Shown: piece after piece, positions 22,501-32,898 of the stretch
How the letters are laid out: the number at the start of each line of letters is the position of its first letter
Position numbering within the stretch: the stretch's first letter is position 1
Assembly (NCBI GenBank): GCA_964019335.1
Contig: OZ025765.1
Location: forward strand, 1-50,167
DNA from: Diplonema japonicum
Taxonomy: Eukaryota > Protista > Euglenozoa: Diplonemea
DNA length: 50,167 bases
Direction of reading: 5' to 3'
The notes under the pieces: model-generated
Told to the model about the DNA's origin: nothing
Seen by the model: only the letters and a program-made list of their open reading frames with translations
Databases searched by the model: none
Made by a program: the position numbers and the translations under genes

Positions 22501-24675
22501 TCTGCTGAGCCGACTTCTGCTCCTGACACAGATGCTCCTGACACGGATGCTCCTGACACTGATGCTCCTGACACTGATGCTCCTGACACCGATGCTCCCG
22601 ACACTGATGCTCCTGACACGGATGCTCCTGACACCGATGCTCCTTACACTGATGCTCCCGACACGGATGCTCCTGACACTGATGCTCCTGACACTGATGC
22701 TCCTGACACCGATGCTCCTGACACCGATGCTCCCGACACTGATGCTCCCGACACGGATGCTCCTGACACCGATGCTCCCGACACGGATGCTCCTGACACG
22801 GATGCTCCCGACACAGACACTCCTGATACCGATGCTCCCGACACGGATGCTCCAGACACAAAAGCACCTGACACTAATGCTCCTGACACGGATGCTCCAG
22901 ACACTGATGCTCCTAGCACAGAAGCTCCTGACACCGATGCTCCCGACACAGATGCTCCTGACACCGCCGAGCCAACTTCTGCGCCTGACACGGATGCTCC
23001 CGACACCGCCGAGCCAACTTCCGCTCCCGACACAGATGCTCCCGACACCGCCGAGCCAACTTCTGCGCCTGACACAGATGCTCCTGACACCGGTGCTCCC
23101 GACACGGATGCTCCTGACACAGATGCTCCAGACACCGATGCTCCTGACACAAAAGCACCTGACACTGATGCTCCTGACACCGCCGAGCCAACTTCCGCAC
23201 CTGACACACCTGCACCGAAGACACCCGCTCCGGACACGCCAGTGCCGATGGAGCCAGCAGCCCCAGTTGAGGTAGGGTGCTTCAGGGTGAGGTCCGGTGT
23301 GTTGAGCAAGGCGGTGTACAGGGGAGGGGGCAACACGGTGGACAAGTGTGCGACGCTCTGCAAGTTCCACGGGTACCGCTTCGCGGGCCTGAGGGGCAGC
23401 GAGTGCAAGTGCGGGGACAGCGTGGAGGCGGCGGAGAGGACGAAGACCTCTACTTGCGGGTGGAGGTGCAGCGGGAACAGCGGGGAGCGGTGTGGGGCGA
23501 CGAACTTCCAGACTGTGTACCTGACGGACGGGTCGGTGTACGAGGCACCGAAGGCGACGTACGCGGGGTGCTACAAGGACGGGGCTGCGAGGGTGTTCCC
23601 TGTGCGAGCCTACTCCAGCAGTCTGAACACGGTGGCGGAGTGCACGTCGGTGTGCTTCCACAACGGGTACGCGGTTGCGGGGCTGCAGTACGGGAAGGAG
23701 TGCTGGTGCGGGAGGGAGCTGTCGAGTATGAAGAGGGTGCTCGACGAGGACTGCGATGTGCCCTGCACGGGGGAGGCAGGGGAGGCTTGCGGGGGGATCT
23801 ACCGCAACACCGTCTTCACGAGGGACCCGGACCTGGGGTGCTACATGGTGGACAAGGCGGCGAGGGTGCTGGACACGAGGGTTGCTGCGTGGTCGCCGTC
23901 GTCGCCGTCGTCGTCGTGTCCCGAGGAGTGCGCGACGCGCAACTTCAAGTACTCAGGAGAGGAGGAGAATGGGTCGGAGTGCTGGTGCGGAAACGGTCCG
24001 ATCGACAAAATGCCGAGGGTGGAATCCTGTACAGGGAGGGCAGCAGCAGCTGTAAGCCACACGGAAGGGGAGCTGCACAGGAAGATCGAGGCCTCGTTCC
24101 TGGGGTGCTTCAAGGACAAGGCTGGAGACAGGATGTTCCCCCTCCGCGCCTACGGGAGCAACTCGAACACGATCGAGGCGTGCACCGCTGTGTGCTTCCA
24201 CAACGGGTACAGGATGGCAGCCATGCAGAACGGGAAGGAGTGCTGGTGCGGACAGGAGGTCCCGTCGAGTGCTCAGATGGTGCGGGCGGACGACTGCTGG
24301 AGCAAGCGGTGCACGGGGGACGTGTCGCAGTCCTGCGGTGATGCCTTCAGGAACAAGGTGTACGTGCAGAAGGGGAGGGAACCGGCGCCCGCCGCCTTCA
24401 CCTACGAAGGCTGCTACCGCGACGGCAGCGGCTCCAACAGGGCGCTCCCTGTGCGGGCCTACTCGAGCTGGGTCAACACGGTCGAGATGTGCACCGCAGT
24501 CTGCTTCCACAACGGCTACACGGTCGCAGGGCTCCAGTACAGGAAGGAGTGCTGGTGCGGCCACGCCATCTCTTCGGAGAAGATCTCAGACAGGCACTGC
24601 AAGTCCTCCTGCACCGGGAACTCCTCCCAGAAGTGCGGCTACGCCTACAGGCACTCCGTTTACAGGAAGGCGTGA
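19513..24675 (+). CDS. Secreted astacin (M12A) metalloprotease with EGF-like domain, PDTDA mucin-like stalk and five WSC domains (copy 1)
   Basis: Signal-like N-terminus, HEIGHALGLAHEQSRNDRD, SIMHY Met-turn, CSGRGTC..CTC..GLQC, and five GC(F/Y)..C..C..(A)G....EC(W/K)CG units. Confidence 0.93.
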   Translation: MTLAAVLALAMAGLPTMEHYKYSLSAGGDIQLPLEGEEEEQFSRAAATLGATPFTSTQLLWPNGHAHYYVETAKTNAGNPADHFLQSGDSRITAAVAHWETHTCIRFTKCRSYASCPKPFMYFVSDKSQCNSFVGVHYTKVNQINLQKGCSVGATIHEIGHALGLAHEQSRNDRDQYVYVDFNQIKSTPPSDFRSNFYKSGTNGRDIGSYDYRSIMHYGPTGFAKGSLPTIVSPQPIGQRSALSEGDIATIHFMYNRCKRRFPKPTCTSSLGSTATRRVIPYSKPFTVEFNALYGSGMTVSYGGAMAPPGPRMSYSKSSGSSLGKVGNTKVTFTPLRWQRGRDYTMRATFTGSDGKAETCSVDVTVADSDTVCFGVASTDPKVCSGRGTCGTDLLAPCTCDGAYGGLQCFGYANCPDNQLLSFDEDVGSVNNFGDIGVEVGFAAKGGGSLRVGTVGDPSANGQGSLTLTKNSKPERITFYMSKFADPTSSPSIYFQDRTTGSICFVTGINNGAWHLNFASISAATTPKTFFFFDIQVDWAASKVSVSVDGKQEVKDRSFVHSCDSGMNYVAMFKGGYYDEFHLWCTSYLQTSGSLIEGITQEGLRAGGATLTLTLVGDHDEWVNTAATKQKVVASMEASFPNAAGWNALESTMLDTSLVSVSGAVLTIGPLRPAPTFSIEGSETVSIGFTADMFTSGTPPAYSRDEASFLIPGDCTSGVFLPFDSLSDESSRVVEVSKSVKKEGAGSLTWTDYRYVYDIPVGGIRPPTASFYGRVGSSASRLTFTMKDSTGQQLSMIFNNNGKIVFNTGTWNFLSVTINPNKWYLVKFEFNWATNKVKVKVGGRQKFSGSFPSTFKNIATLRLSSTTSSTGVYIDSIRFTCPVREPLFDVSPSCPVPGEDAPVFHIYQASDALSPSDHLAIVPATATDCSSADVQCSALDACSSSVGSLVQVGGGATEWSPGTLPSLSPQTEYKMCYYPSSHGSYIMLDSTFTTCGSAEPTSAPDTDAPDTDAPDTDAPDTDAPDTDAPDTDAPDTDAPDTDAPYTDAPDTDAPDTDAPDTDAPDTDAPDTDAPDTDAPDTDAPDTDAPDTDAPDTDAPDTDTPDTDAPDTDAPDTKAPDTNAPDTDAPDTDAPSTEAPDTDAPDTDAPDTAEPTSAPDTDAPDTAEPTSAPDTDAPDTAEPTSAPDTDAPDTGAPDTDAPDTDAPDTDAPDTKAPDTDAPDTAEPTSAPDTPAPKTPAPDTPVPMEPAAPVEVGCFRVRSGVLSKAVYRGGGNTVDKCATLCKFHGYRFAGLRGSECKCGDSVEAAERTKTSTCGWRCSGNSGERCGATNFQTVYLTDGSVYEAPKATYAGCYKDGAARVFPVRAYSSSLNTVAECTSVCFHNGYAVAGLQYGKECWCGRELSSMKRVLDEDCDVPCTGEAGEACGGIYRNTVFTRDPDLGCYMVDKAARVLDTRVAAWSPSSPSSSCPEECATRNFKYSGEEENGSECWCGNGPIDKMPRVESCTGRAAAAVSHTEGELHRKIEASFLGCFKDKAGDRMFPLRAYGSNSNTIEACTAVCFHNGYRMAAMQNGKECWCGQEVPSSAQMVRADDCWSKRCTGDVSQSCGDAFRNKVYVQKGREPAPAAFTYEGCYRDGSGSNRALPVRAYSSWVNTVEMCTAVCFHNGYTVAGLQYRKECWCGHAISSEKISDRHCKSSCTGNSSQKCGYAYRHSVYRKA
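22505..23240 (+). repeat. Coding minisatellite: 15-bp PDTDA units plus a few 42-bp units
   Basis: Tandem cctgacacNgatgct units are directly visible. Confidence 0.95.
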
Positions 24676-25357
24676 AAAAGAACAAAGAAACGTTAACTTT
24701 GTAGAGTCAAGGTGTGTTTGACAGACTTTTGAAGCATTATTTTACTAAGGGTGGTCCTCATGTTGGATATACTCTAAAACATCACCTTTTATTTCTCCCT
24801 CTCTCTTCTCTCTCTCGATTTTTTTTCTCTTTTTCATATAACAACGGGAAAAATGGAAACAAAAAAGAGAAAAACTCCTTTATGTTATCCCTGTTGTTTT
24901 GTCATTTTTACCTTTTCTATTAACGAGCCCAAGCGGCGGGTTGCTCTAACAACCTAATACTTTTAAACAAATTGTAGTTTCTTTCTTTTTTTCTTTTCTT
25001 TCTTTCTTTTTTTTTTTTTTTTTTACTGTAAAAGGAAAACGTACCGAAAGGAAAAATACCCTGCTGAACCATCCATTTTTCGGGGAGCTTTGCAACACGA
25101 GGGACGTTGCCCTGTGATTGCCCTCTTGCTTGCCAATACAATAATGAAAAGCTTACAAGGACACTGAAGACTGAAGATTTTGGTTCTTGAAAGTAAGCTC
25201 TGTTCGATCCGGGTTTAATTTTCTCTTTTTTTTTTTTTTTTTTTTTTTGGCAAAACGCCCCCCGAAAGGAAAATCATCCAGTCCGCCAAGGCTTCCGGAC
25301 ATTTTTTTTTCCTTTTTACGGTATTTTACTTAAATTTTTCAATATAAACCTGGAGGG

Positions 25358-25395
<38 letters not shown>

Positions 25396-26642
25396 CTTGA
25401 AAAATTGACAAACGAGGGGGAATATGGTTATGTTTCCTTGTGTAACGTGACTCCTATTCTTCTGTGTCTTGTCTTCTCTCTGTGATTATTACCTCGAGAT
25501 GACATAGGTTTATGACACTATGATACAGTGGGCCCTGGAGCAAGGTTGACCCTCCCCTCATTCGATTTTCTGTCCCCCCCCAGGTTTTGTTCCCCCCCCC
25601 CCCCTTTTTTTTGCGAGCACCTTTTTCTTCATCCTCTCCTTGCCTTTTCTACATTATGGTAGTCAAGGTTGTTTTCATGATATTTTTTATTCTTTGACGG
25701 GGGGGGGGGGGGGGGATTGTAATTGTCATATTTGTCAGTTGTACCCCCCCCCTTTTTTTAAACATCCGATGAGACAGAGTCAAGGGAGGAGGTTCTTTTT
25801 TTTTTTTTTTTTTTTGCTTTTTGACCAAACATATTCCTCCTGCAAGATAAAAAAATAGCCCCCTTCTTTTTTCCTTCCTTTTTTTACAACCTTTCGTCAT
25901 TGATGCTAAACAGTATTCGAGAAAACTGGTTAAGGGCTACCTAATCCACCTAAAAGTTGATTGCCTTTTTTTTTTTGTTCTTCTTCTTCTTTTTTTTTTT
26001 TTTTTTTTTTTTTCGAGTAGTACTAAGTCATAAAATCAGTGAAAGTGAGTGAACAAAAGGACGAAAGTGTTGGAAAAAAAAGAAATTGAAAAAAAAAGGA
26101 AAAAAAAAAAGAAACCAATTGTCAAAATCGCCTTTGGCTAAGAAGATTTAAAAAAAAGATGAAAAAAGAAAAATGTTTCTGGTCGTGTTTCAACGTTAAA
26201 GTTAGACCTTTCAGTTTGTGCATTTCTCCCTTCTTCTTTTTCTTCTTACCCCCCCCCCCCCATCAAATCTTTTCACACCTCTCTAATTCAATACATGTGT
26301 TCAATAAAAAAGAACAAAAGCAACTCTTCGCCTTTCTACCCCCCGGCATCTCTTGGCTGTCGATCTCTTGAAGCGCAGGGATCCCTGAAAAATACTGGAT
26401 GATCTGGGCCAAAAACTGGATGGTTTTTTTTTTTTTTTTTTTGAATTCTCCCGTGCATGCAGTATTTATCCTGTGATCTTAACTGTGTGGACCAGCAAAT
26501 GCGGCTCTTTTTTCGCCCCCACTGAATTTTCCCCCATTAATCCCCCCTCCTTCCTCCTAATTCCTTTAACCTTTCAGCAACAAAATAAATTGCTATGACA
26601 CCCCCCTTTTTTTTGGTAAATGCACCATGAAAAAGGTAGGTG

Positions 26643-26687
<45 letters not shown>

Positions 26688-26776
26688 CCTCTCTTCTTAC
26701 TTCCGTTCTCTTTTTTTTTTCCCTCCCCCTTCTTCCTCCCCCAAAGAAAGCATCCCTCCAGGAACCTCTTCACGAG

Positions 26777-27361
26777 ATGTCGGTCTGCCTACATGTAGTG
26801 CTGCCCTCCGGTACCTCAGTTGATATTGAGGCGCAGCCGTGTGACAATGTGGTGTTGCTGAAGGAGAAGGTGGCGACCGTGTCAGGCTACGATGTAAAGT
26901 TTGTGGGGCTGTCCTTTGACGAGGAGGTGCTGCGCGACGAAGAGGTAGTTGGGACCTTACCCTTTGAAGACCAGAGCGTGCTTCACGTGTTCTTAAACGC
27001 AAGGGAGCCACTGGAGGTCCTTCTGGAGGAGTACCCCAAGTGGGCAGACAGTGAAAGCACCCCTCTCATAGCCGCCATAGTGGCGGGCAACTCCTGCCTA
27101 GTGCAGCGCATGCTGGCAGAGTGTTCCGTTGATGTGAACGAACGAGACGCCTCTGCCAGCACGCCCCTTCACTGGGCTGCAAAATTGGGTTACTTTGTGA
27201 TTGTTAGGCAGCTCCTGAACCACGGGGCGGACCCCTTCCTCGAAGACGCCCAGGGGGCCACCCCTCTGGTCTGCTCACAGGGCAACGCCTTTGCTTACAA
27301 CGTGACCGAGATGCTGACCATGAGGATGGCTGCTTTTAAGAAACGTGGTCACTCCACCTAG
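26777..27361 (+). CDS. Short ubiquitin-like plus ankyrin-repeat protein
   Basis: MSVCLHVVLPSG..LPFEDQSVLHV shares LPFEDQSVL with the 11599 gene. TPLIAA, TPLHWAA and GATPL are ankyrin motifs. The upstream poly-K part of the listed ORF is a translated A-tract. Confidence 0.85.
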   Translation: MSVCLHVVLPSGTSVDIEAQPCDNVVLLKEKVATVSGYDVKFVGLSFDEEVLRDEEVVGTLPFEDQSVLHVFLNAREPLEVLLEEYPKWADSESTPLIAAIVAGNSCLVQRMLAECSVDVNERDASASTPLHWAAKLGYFVIVRQLLNHGADPFLEDAQGATPLVCSQGNAFAYNVTEMLTMRMAAFKKRGHST

Positions 27362-27444
27362 AGCTTCGGGCAACATTTTATTTTATTTTGTAGGGGGTTC
27401 ATCCGCACCCCGGTCCCAAGCGCAAGACAGGTCCGAAGCCGGCT

Positions 27445-28620
27445 GTGATGAGGGGAACGCGTGATGCGGAGAGAGCCGCGGGTGCGAGACCAAGGACGGG
27501 TGCAAAGACGGGTGTTAAGAGGAACAGAAGCCCACCGCCCACATTACCGAAGAACGAGCCTCTCGTCATCACCTCCCTGAACGTCGCGTCCTTCAACAAC
27601 AGGATGGGGGAATGCAAAGGACTGGATCCCGATGTGTTCTGTGTACAGGAGACGGCACTGACGGCGACGGTACAGCGGGAGATTGAACTCTCTCTCGGGC
27701 GAGATGCGTGGGGGAGGGCCTACGAAAGACACTGGGGGAAACCACAACCAGGCCGGGTGGGCGGTGGAGTGGTGTCACTTACAGTCGCACAAAGGGGCGG
27801 GGTCGCGACCTTCGTGAAAAGGCCCCGAGCCTCTCTGAGGTGCAGCGCAGGAGACGAGCTGGAAGCGTACAAGAGCCGCTGCGTGCACACGAAGGTATCA
27901 TTGGACGGCAGCAAGCGATGGCTTCATGTGCTGAACGTCTACTGTCCTGCTGGCAATGAGGCAGTGCAAGCCAGGGAACGGGAGCAACTTCTGCATCACA
28001 TTCTGGTCAGGAAGCGAATAGAGCTGGGAGACGTGCCGATCGTGGTGATCGGGGACCTCAACTGCGAGGAGGATCGGTCGCCGACCTTAGAAAAGGCTTT
28101 GGCCTCGGACTGGGTTGATGCGGCGGCTGCATGTGCGGCGTTGAGCGGTGCGACACCCGAATCGACTTTGAAGAGGACCAACTCCCATTCTCGGATCGAT
28201 AGGGCGCTTCTGAACCCCCTTGCTGCACAGTTTCTGATACGCTGTTGGGTGCATGATGGCGTGGAAGGCTCAGACCACAGGTGCTTGTCGCTGGAGTTGG
28301 GGACAACGAGAATCCGGCGGGCAGTGCTGCAGTACTCGATCCCGAGGGAGATACCGGAGGTAGCGATGACAGAAGAAGACCCCGAGCCGTCGCTGGCGGA
28401 TTCCATCTTTGAGCGGTGCATTCAGGATAGGCAGGTGGACGAGGCCCACAGGGAATGGGCCAGACTCGCAGAACAGCATTTGATGCGGGGTTTCGCAGGG
28501 ACCACGGCGGGGGCTTACCTTGGCAGGGGTGAGACGAGGTTGCCGAAGCTGAGGGAACTGTGTCCACCTGCTACGGAAGAGATTGTCGGTGCGGTGTGCG
28601 ACCGACAAAGGAAGCTGTGA
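27445..28620 (+). CDS. LINE apurinic-like endonuclease (APE/EEP) domain
   Basis: SLNV, VQET, GGVA, NVYCP, GDLN, SRID, SDH motifs. Confidence 0.9.
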   Translation: MMRGTRDAERAAGARPRTGAKTGVKRNRSPPPTLPKNEPLVITSLNVASFNNRMGECKGLDPDVFCVQETALTATVQREIELSLGRDAWGRAYERHWGKPQPGRVGGGVVSLTVAQRGGVATFVKRPRASLRCSAGDELEAYKSRCVHTKVSLDGSKRWLHVLNVYCPAGNEAVQAREREQLLHHILVRKRIELGDVPIVVIGDLNCEEDRSPTLEKALASDWVDAAAACAALSGATPESTLKRTNSHSRIDRALLNPLAAQFLIRCWVHDGVEGSDHRCLSLELGTTRIRRAVLQYSIPREIPEVAMTEEDPEPSLADSIFERCIQDRQVDEAHREWARLAEQHLMRGFAGTTAGAYLGRGETRLPKLRELCPPATEEIVGAVCDRQRKL

Positions 28621-31600
28621 AGCTGAAACGGTGCGTAGAGGCTGCCCAGCGACAGATTGAGGACCACCTTCGGAGGGGGCACGTAGGACAGCTTCCGCAG
28701 GTGACCCACAATACCCTGAAGAACGCCAATGCAAGGTGCGTGAAGCTAGGTATTGACTGCGCCGTACCCATGCACGGCTCCTTGGAGAGCACAGAGGAAG
28801 CTATCGCTGAAGTGCGTGACGTGGCGGGGAGACAGATTGCCGCGCTCTGCACGGAACAGAAGTGTAGCCGGGCTGAGGCCTACGAGAGAACGATTGTCTC
28901 GAACCTGGACGAGGGTAGGAGGCACCTCACGGCGCTGCTGCGGGGAACGCAATGCGAGAGGTCTGTGGCGGTGGACGCTGGGGACGGTGTGACGGCGGAC
29001 CCACAAGAAATGGACGAGGTGTTCAGGGAGGCGTGGAAAGGGATCTTCTGCTCGGAAAGACGAGAACCGCATTTCTCCGATTTCAGGAAAAAGTACGAGG
29101 AACACATACAGCACCAGGAAATGCCGAGGTCAGAGATTACGGGGAGGCTGCTCCAGGAGGTGCTGAGCCGCAAGCGTCCTAGGGGCGCGTGTGGGGTCGA
29201 CGGATGGCGCAACGCAGAGCTGAAGAGGCTGCCCAGGTGGGTATTGGACGGACTGGCAGACCTGTTTAACCTGATCGAGAGGGAGGGGAGGTGGCCGGAA
29301 GCCATGTGTACGGCCCTGGTGTCGCTAATACCGAAGGGGGCAGGCCTCGGCCCCTTGGACCACAGGCCGATTACTGTCACCAGCGCGGTGTATCGACTGT
29401 GGGCATGCGCCAGGCTGAGGACGGTTCTCCCGTGGCAAGAACGGTGGATCTGCGAGAGACAGCACAGCTTTCGGAAGGGGCGGGGCACGGAGACGGCACT
29501 ACTGGACCTCCTAGCTCAGTATGAAGAGGCGATGTTAGAGGGTAAGGAGCTGGTGGGCGCGGCTCTGGATTTTGCGAAATGCTTCGACCTGGTACCGCAG
29601 CGGCTCACCTTCGAGCTAATGCGGAGCCTTGGGCTCGAGCCGGGAATTGCGTGCGCAATGGAGGGCATGTACTCACAGATCACGCGGCGGTTCAAGTACC
29701 CCTTTGGGGTGGGCGAAACCTTCAGAGTGACCAATGGGATCCTGCAAGGGTGTCCGCTGTCCGTGATCATGATCAATGCGCTCATTGCGGTCATGCTTAA
29801 GGCGCTGGAAGCCGGTGGAGACCTCGTGACGATAGCCTATGCGGACGACGCCTACATGCTGGCTAAGTTGCGGGAGGCACTACAAGCGGCGACGGACGGT
29901 GTCATGGAGTTCTGTACGGTAACGGGCATGGAGTTGAATTTTCGGAAGACGGTGGTCATCGGAAAGTGTATCATCCACGTCGGTAGTGAGGTGGACGGAA
30001 GAAGAAGGAAGGTAAGGCTCAACAAGGTCGACAAACATAAGGCTTTGGGAACTAGGCTGAACACGACAGCATGCGGCACGAGCTGGAACGACGCCGCGGT
30101 TACTGCAAGACAGAAGGTGGAAAGGCTGGCTTCGACCCAGCTCTCTTTTCAGAGGAAGGAGAGTCTCATCAGAACTCATATTATGCCGGGACTGCTATAC
30201 AGCTCGAGCTTCTCTCCGCCGAGTGACTGGAGTCTCAGTCAGCTTAAAGGCTCGATCGTGAAATGCCTGTGGGGCCCCCACTACAGAGGAAGATCTCCAG
30301 ACGTGGTACTGTCAATCCTGGCGCGAGCGCACCGGGTGGACCCGCTGTGTGCCGTAGTATACAGTGCTTTGATGATGCTGAGGAGGTGCTGGCTGAGGCA
30401 GGACGGGGCAATGGCAGCATGGACGCAGTTGGCACAGGCGTACGAAACTTCTGGGCAGGTGAGGCCGAGGGGGGTCGTGGGAAATGTGCTCCTGAGGTGG
30501 CTTCCGGCGATCGGATGGAAGTGGGAAAGGCTGGCAAGCTGGCACAGAGGAGAGAATCCTGGGCACGACCTCAGGGAGGCTCTGCGGAGGATGAGGACAT
30601 CGGGTATTGTGAAGGCGCGAAGCACGATGGCCGGGCTTGGGATGGGCGCGGCCCCTGCAACGAACGCTTACTGGATGAAGTGCAGCGCACGCAGACCGCT
30701 CGAAGCGTGGCGGGTGAGGAGGATAATCGCCGGGGCGGTGCCGTACCTCAGCCCGTATTCGAAACAAGTTTTACTCTCCCCTCCTGAAGAACCTGATGAG
30801 GAGGGAGGTGAGGGGAGCGAGGAAGAAGCCGACCACCTGGATAGGGGGAGGACGGACAAAGCAGCGGGAACGCTCAATTGCGATGTCTGTGATGCTGCGA
30901 AGGGCAGCACAGTTAGGTTGCTGCGACACCAGCTTTGGGAGTGCGAGGTCGCATTGGAGGTGCAGAAGAAGGAGGTATATAACGGTCTGGTCAGGAGCGA
31001 AAGGTGGCCGGTCTGTTTGGAGCTGCACGGGATTCTCCCGAGGAAGGTCGTGTTCCGCGGTTTGGAGAGGCTGCAGAGGTATTTGGCAGAGGTGGTGAGG
31101 CGCAGGGACGATGCTCTGGCGGTGAAGCGGTTCGCGGTTGAGAAGGAACCGCCGTGGGTGGTGACGACTCAAGGAAGGCGTTTCGAGGCGCCAAAGGTTG
31201 TGGAACTGTACAAGCTCAAGCTGACCCCGCAGCTCAGGGAGTATGGTGATCAGGTGCTGAGATGGCTGGCTGCGCTGCGGTGGGCGGAGGAGGGAACGTC
31301 CGTGTCGGCGATCGAGCTGGCGATTGACTTCGAGTGCTACACGAAGAAGACGCTGGGGGTTAACATCAACACGACGATTGACATCGACAAGAAGGCGGTG
31401 AGGATCAAGCGGATCCTGGATACGCTGCAAGCGACATGGATGAGGGAGAAGAGGAGACGCGCTTTTCCGGCGCAGTCATGCAAGAACGTGAGATCACTAC
31501 GATCCATTGGCCGCGACCACGTCGTTGGCTTTGATAGGAGGGCCCTGTTGGCATCGGGGCTGACGGCGACCAAGCTGAAAGGACTGAGAGAAGATTACCG

Positions 31601-31688
31601 GAAAGAAAGGATTGGAAGATATAAACGACAGCTAGGCACTACGGTGGGTAGCAGGGAACGACCCCAAAAGGGGAGCATCATAAGGTAG
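28560..31688 (+). CDS. LINE reverse transcriptase with C-terminal Zn knuckle (frameshifted continuation of the APE ORF)
   Basis: GVDG, LIPK, RPITV, LDFAKCFD, GILQGCPLS, YADD, and CDVC..HQLWEC. Confidence 0.9.
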   Translation: MSTCYGRDCRCGVRPTKEAVKLKRCVEAAQRQIEDHLRRGHVGQLPQVTHNTLKNANARCVKLGIDCAVPMHGSLESTEEAIAEVRDVAGRQIAALCTEQKCSRAEAYERTIVSNLDEGRRHLTALLRGTQCERSVAVDAGDGVTADPQEMDEVFREAWKGIFCSERREPHFSDFRKKYEEHIQHQEMPRSEITGRLLQEVLSRKRPRGACGVDGWRNAELKRLPRWVLDGLADLFNLIEREGRWPEAMCTALVSLIPKGAGLGPLDHRPITVTSAVYRLWACARLRTVLPWQERWICERQHSFRKGRGTETALLDLLAQYEEAMLEGKELVGAALDFAKCFDLVPQRLTFELMRSLGLEPGIACAMEGMYSQITRRFKYPFGVGETFRVTNGILQGCPLSVIMINALIAVMLKALEAGGDLVTIAYADDAYMLAKLREALQAATDGVMEFCTVTGMELNFRKTVVIGKCIIHVGSEVDGRRRKVRLNKVDKHKALGTRLNTTACGTSWNDAAVTARQKVERLASTQLSFQRKESLIRTHIMPGLLYSSSFSPPSDWSLSQLKGSIVKCLWGPHYRGRSPDVVLSILARAHRVDPLCAVVYSALMMLRRCWLRQDGAMAAWTQLAQAYETSGQVRPRGVVGNVLLRWLPAIGWKWERLASWHRGENPGHDLREALRRMRTSGIVKARSTMAGLGMGAAPATNAYWMKCSARRPLEAWRVRRIIAGAVPYLSPYSKQVLLSPPEEPDEEGGEGSEEEADHLDRGRTDKAAGTLNCDVCDAAKGSTVRLLRHQLWECEVALEVQKKEVYNGLVRSERWPVCLELHGILPRKVVFRGLERLQRYLAEVVRRRDDALAVKRFAVEKEPPWVVTTQGRRFEAPKVVELYKLKLTPQLREYGDQVLRWLAALRWAEEGTSVSAIELAIDFECYTKKTLGVNINTTIDIDKKAVRIKRILDTLQATWMREKRRRAFPAQSCKNVRSLRSIGRDHVVGFDRRALLASGLTATKLKGLREDYRKERIGRYKRQLGTTVGSRERPQKGSIIR

Positions 31689-31794
31689 GCACGCCACCGC
31701 GGCGGGCCGTTGCTAACCACTTCGTTCCTATCATAGTGAATTTGTATTTTTAGGGGTAAGTTTTCCTTTTACAACAAAAGAAAAAAAAAATAGC

Positions 31795-31984
31795 AAGAAA
31801 CAACAATTTTTGTCTAAAGTATTGGGTTGTTAGAGCAACCCTTGCCGCTTGGGCTCAAGGGGTGGGGTGGGGTGGGGTGGGGGTGTTTTGTAGTTAACGT
31901 TTCTTTGTTCTTTTTCACGCCTTCCTGTAAACGGAGTGCCTGTAGGCATAGCCGCACTTCTGGGAGGAGTTCCCGGTGTAGGAG
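31795..31984 (-). repeat. Inverted partial copy of the 3' end and 3' flank of astacin copy 1
   Basis: 31892-31984 is the reverse complement of 24606-24698, and 31795-31856 approximates the reverse complement of 24925-24983. Confidence 0.9.
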
Positions 31985-32037
31985 TTATCCACGTTTGTCA
32001 CACGCTCGCCTACGAGCTGATGGAAAAAAAGAAGAAG

Positions 32038-32068
<31 letters not shown>

Positions 32069-32208
32069 AAAGAGTAGAGCTCAGGTCTACTCAACCGACT
32101 CTGCCCATTCCCCCCTTTTTTTTCTTTTTCAGTTCTTTGGTCTCCACTAATTTCTTTTGTTATCAGGGGGTTTTATTTCTTCTATAAAAAGAAGTATCCA
32201 AGAAGACC

Positions 32209-32898
32209 ATGTCGGTCACCCTTCACGCAAGGTTGCCCAACGGCAGAATGCTGAGCCAGGATGCGTGTGCCAACGAGACGGTGGGCGAAGTGAAAGTTCG
32301 GATTGCATCGTGTGCCGATCTCGATCCCGGCAGCTTCAGCTTGTCCCTCGAAGGGGAGGAGCTGGACGACGGTGGCAAGGTGACCGCACAGCCTTTGCGA
32401 GACGGGAGCGAGGTGGTGGTGGTTCTGCACAAGAAAGCCGCGGCCTTGGCAGACCTGACCAGGATGGGCTGGGGTGGGAAAACCATCAAAGATTTGCTAG
32501 CACAGATCACACATCCAGGCACAGACCTGACAGCAAAGGACAATGAGTACGCTGTGGTTCTTGCGGCCATGGAGGCAGCGGGACTGCTGACGTGCGAGGG
32601 AGTGGAGGCCTCTCTTATGCCTTTTTTGCTGCTAGCTTCTGCAAACGGGTTTGTGAAGACCGTATCTGTTCTGCTCGCAAAGCAGCTTGTTGACGTAAAC
32701 CACCAGCTTGAAGCAGGGAGCAAGCGCACAGCTCTGCACATGGCCGCCGCCGCAGGAAGGGACAACATCGCGAAGCTTCTACTGCAGCACAACGCCGACC
32801 CTTCCCTGCGAAACATCTTCGGTGAGACCGCTCTCGACTTCGCGAAAGCCAAGGGCCATGCCGCAATTGTTCGCTTGCTTGAAAACCACTCCCCATGA
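32209..32898 (+). CDS. Short ubiquitin-like plus ankyrin-repeat protein
   Basis: MSVTLHARLPNG..VKVRIA..LSLEGEEL UBL-like domain, a linker similar to the 11599 gene (LAAMEAAGL vs FAAMVDAGL), and TALHMAA / GETALDFA. Confidence 0.88.
   Translation: MSVTLHARLPNGRMLSQDACANETVGEVKVRIASCADLDPGSFSLSLEGEELDDGGKVTAQPLRDGSEVVVVLHKKAAALADLTRMGWGGKTIKDLLAQITHPGTDLTAKDNEYAVVLAAMEAAGLLTCEGVEASLMPFLLLASANGFVKTVSVLLAKQLVDVNHQLEAGSKRTALHMAAAAGRDNIAKLLLQHNADPSLRNIFGETALDFAKAKGHAAIVRLLENHSP

Larger units (their letters stand above)
27395..31740 (+). mobile_element. APE-type non-LTR retrotransposon (LINE)
   Basis: APE and RT ORFs on the same strand. Imperfect flanking match TATTTT(G)TAGGGG at ~27384-27395 and ~31745-31756. 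Ends are approximate. Confidence 0.85.

Noticed and set aside
24746-24790. ~45-nt motif (AGGGTGGTCCTCA...AAACATC.CCTTT) repeated at ~33304-33348
   Set aside because: The similarity is real but short; no structure or function can be supported.
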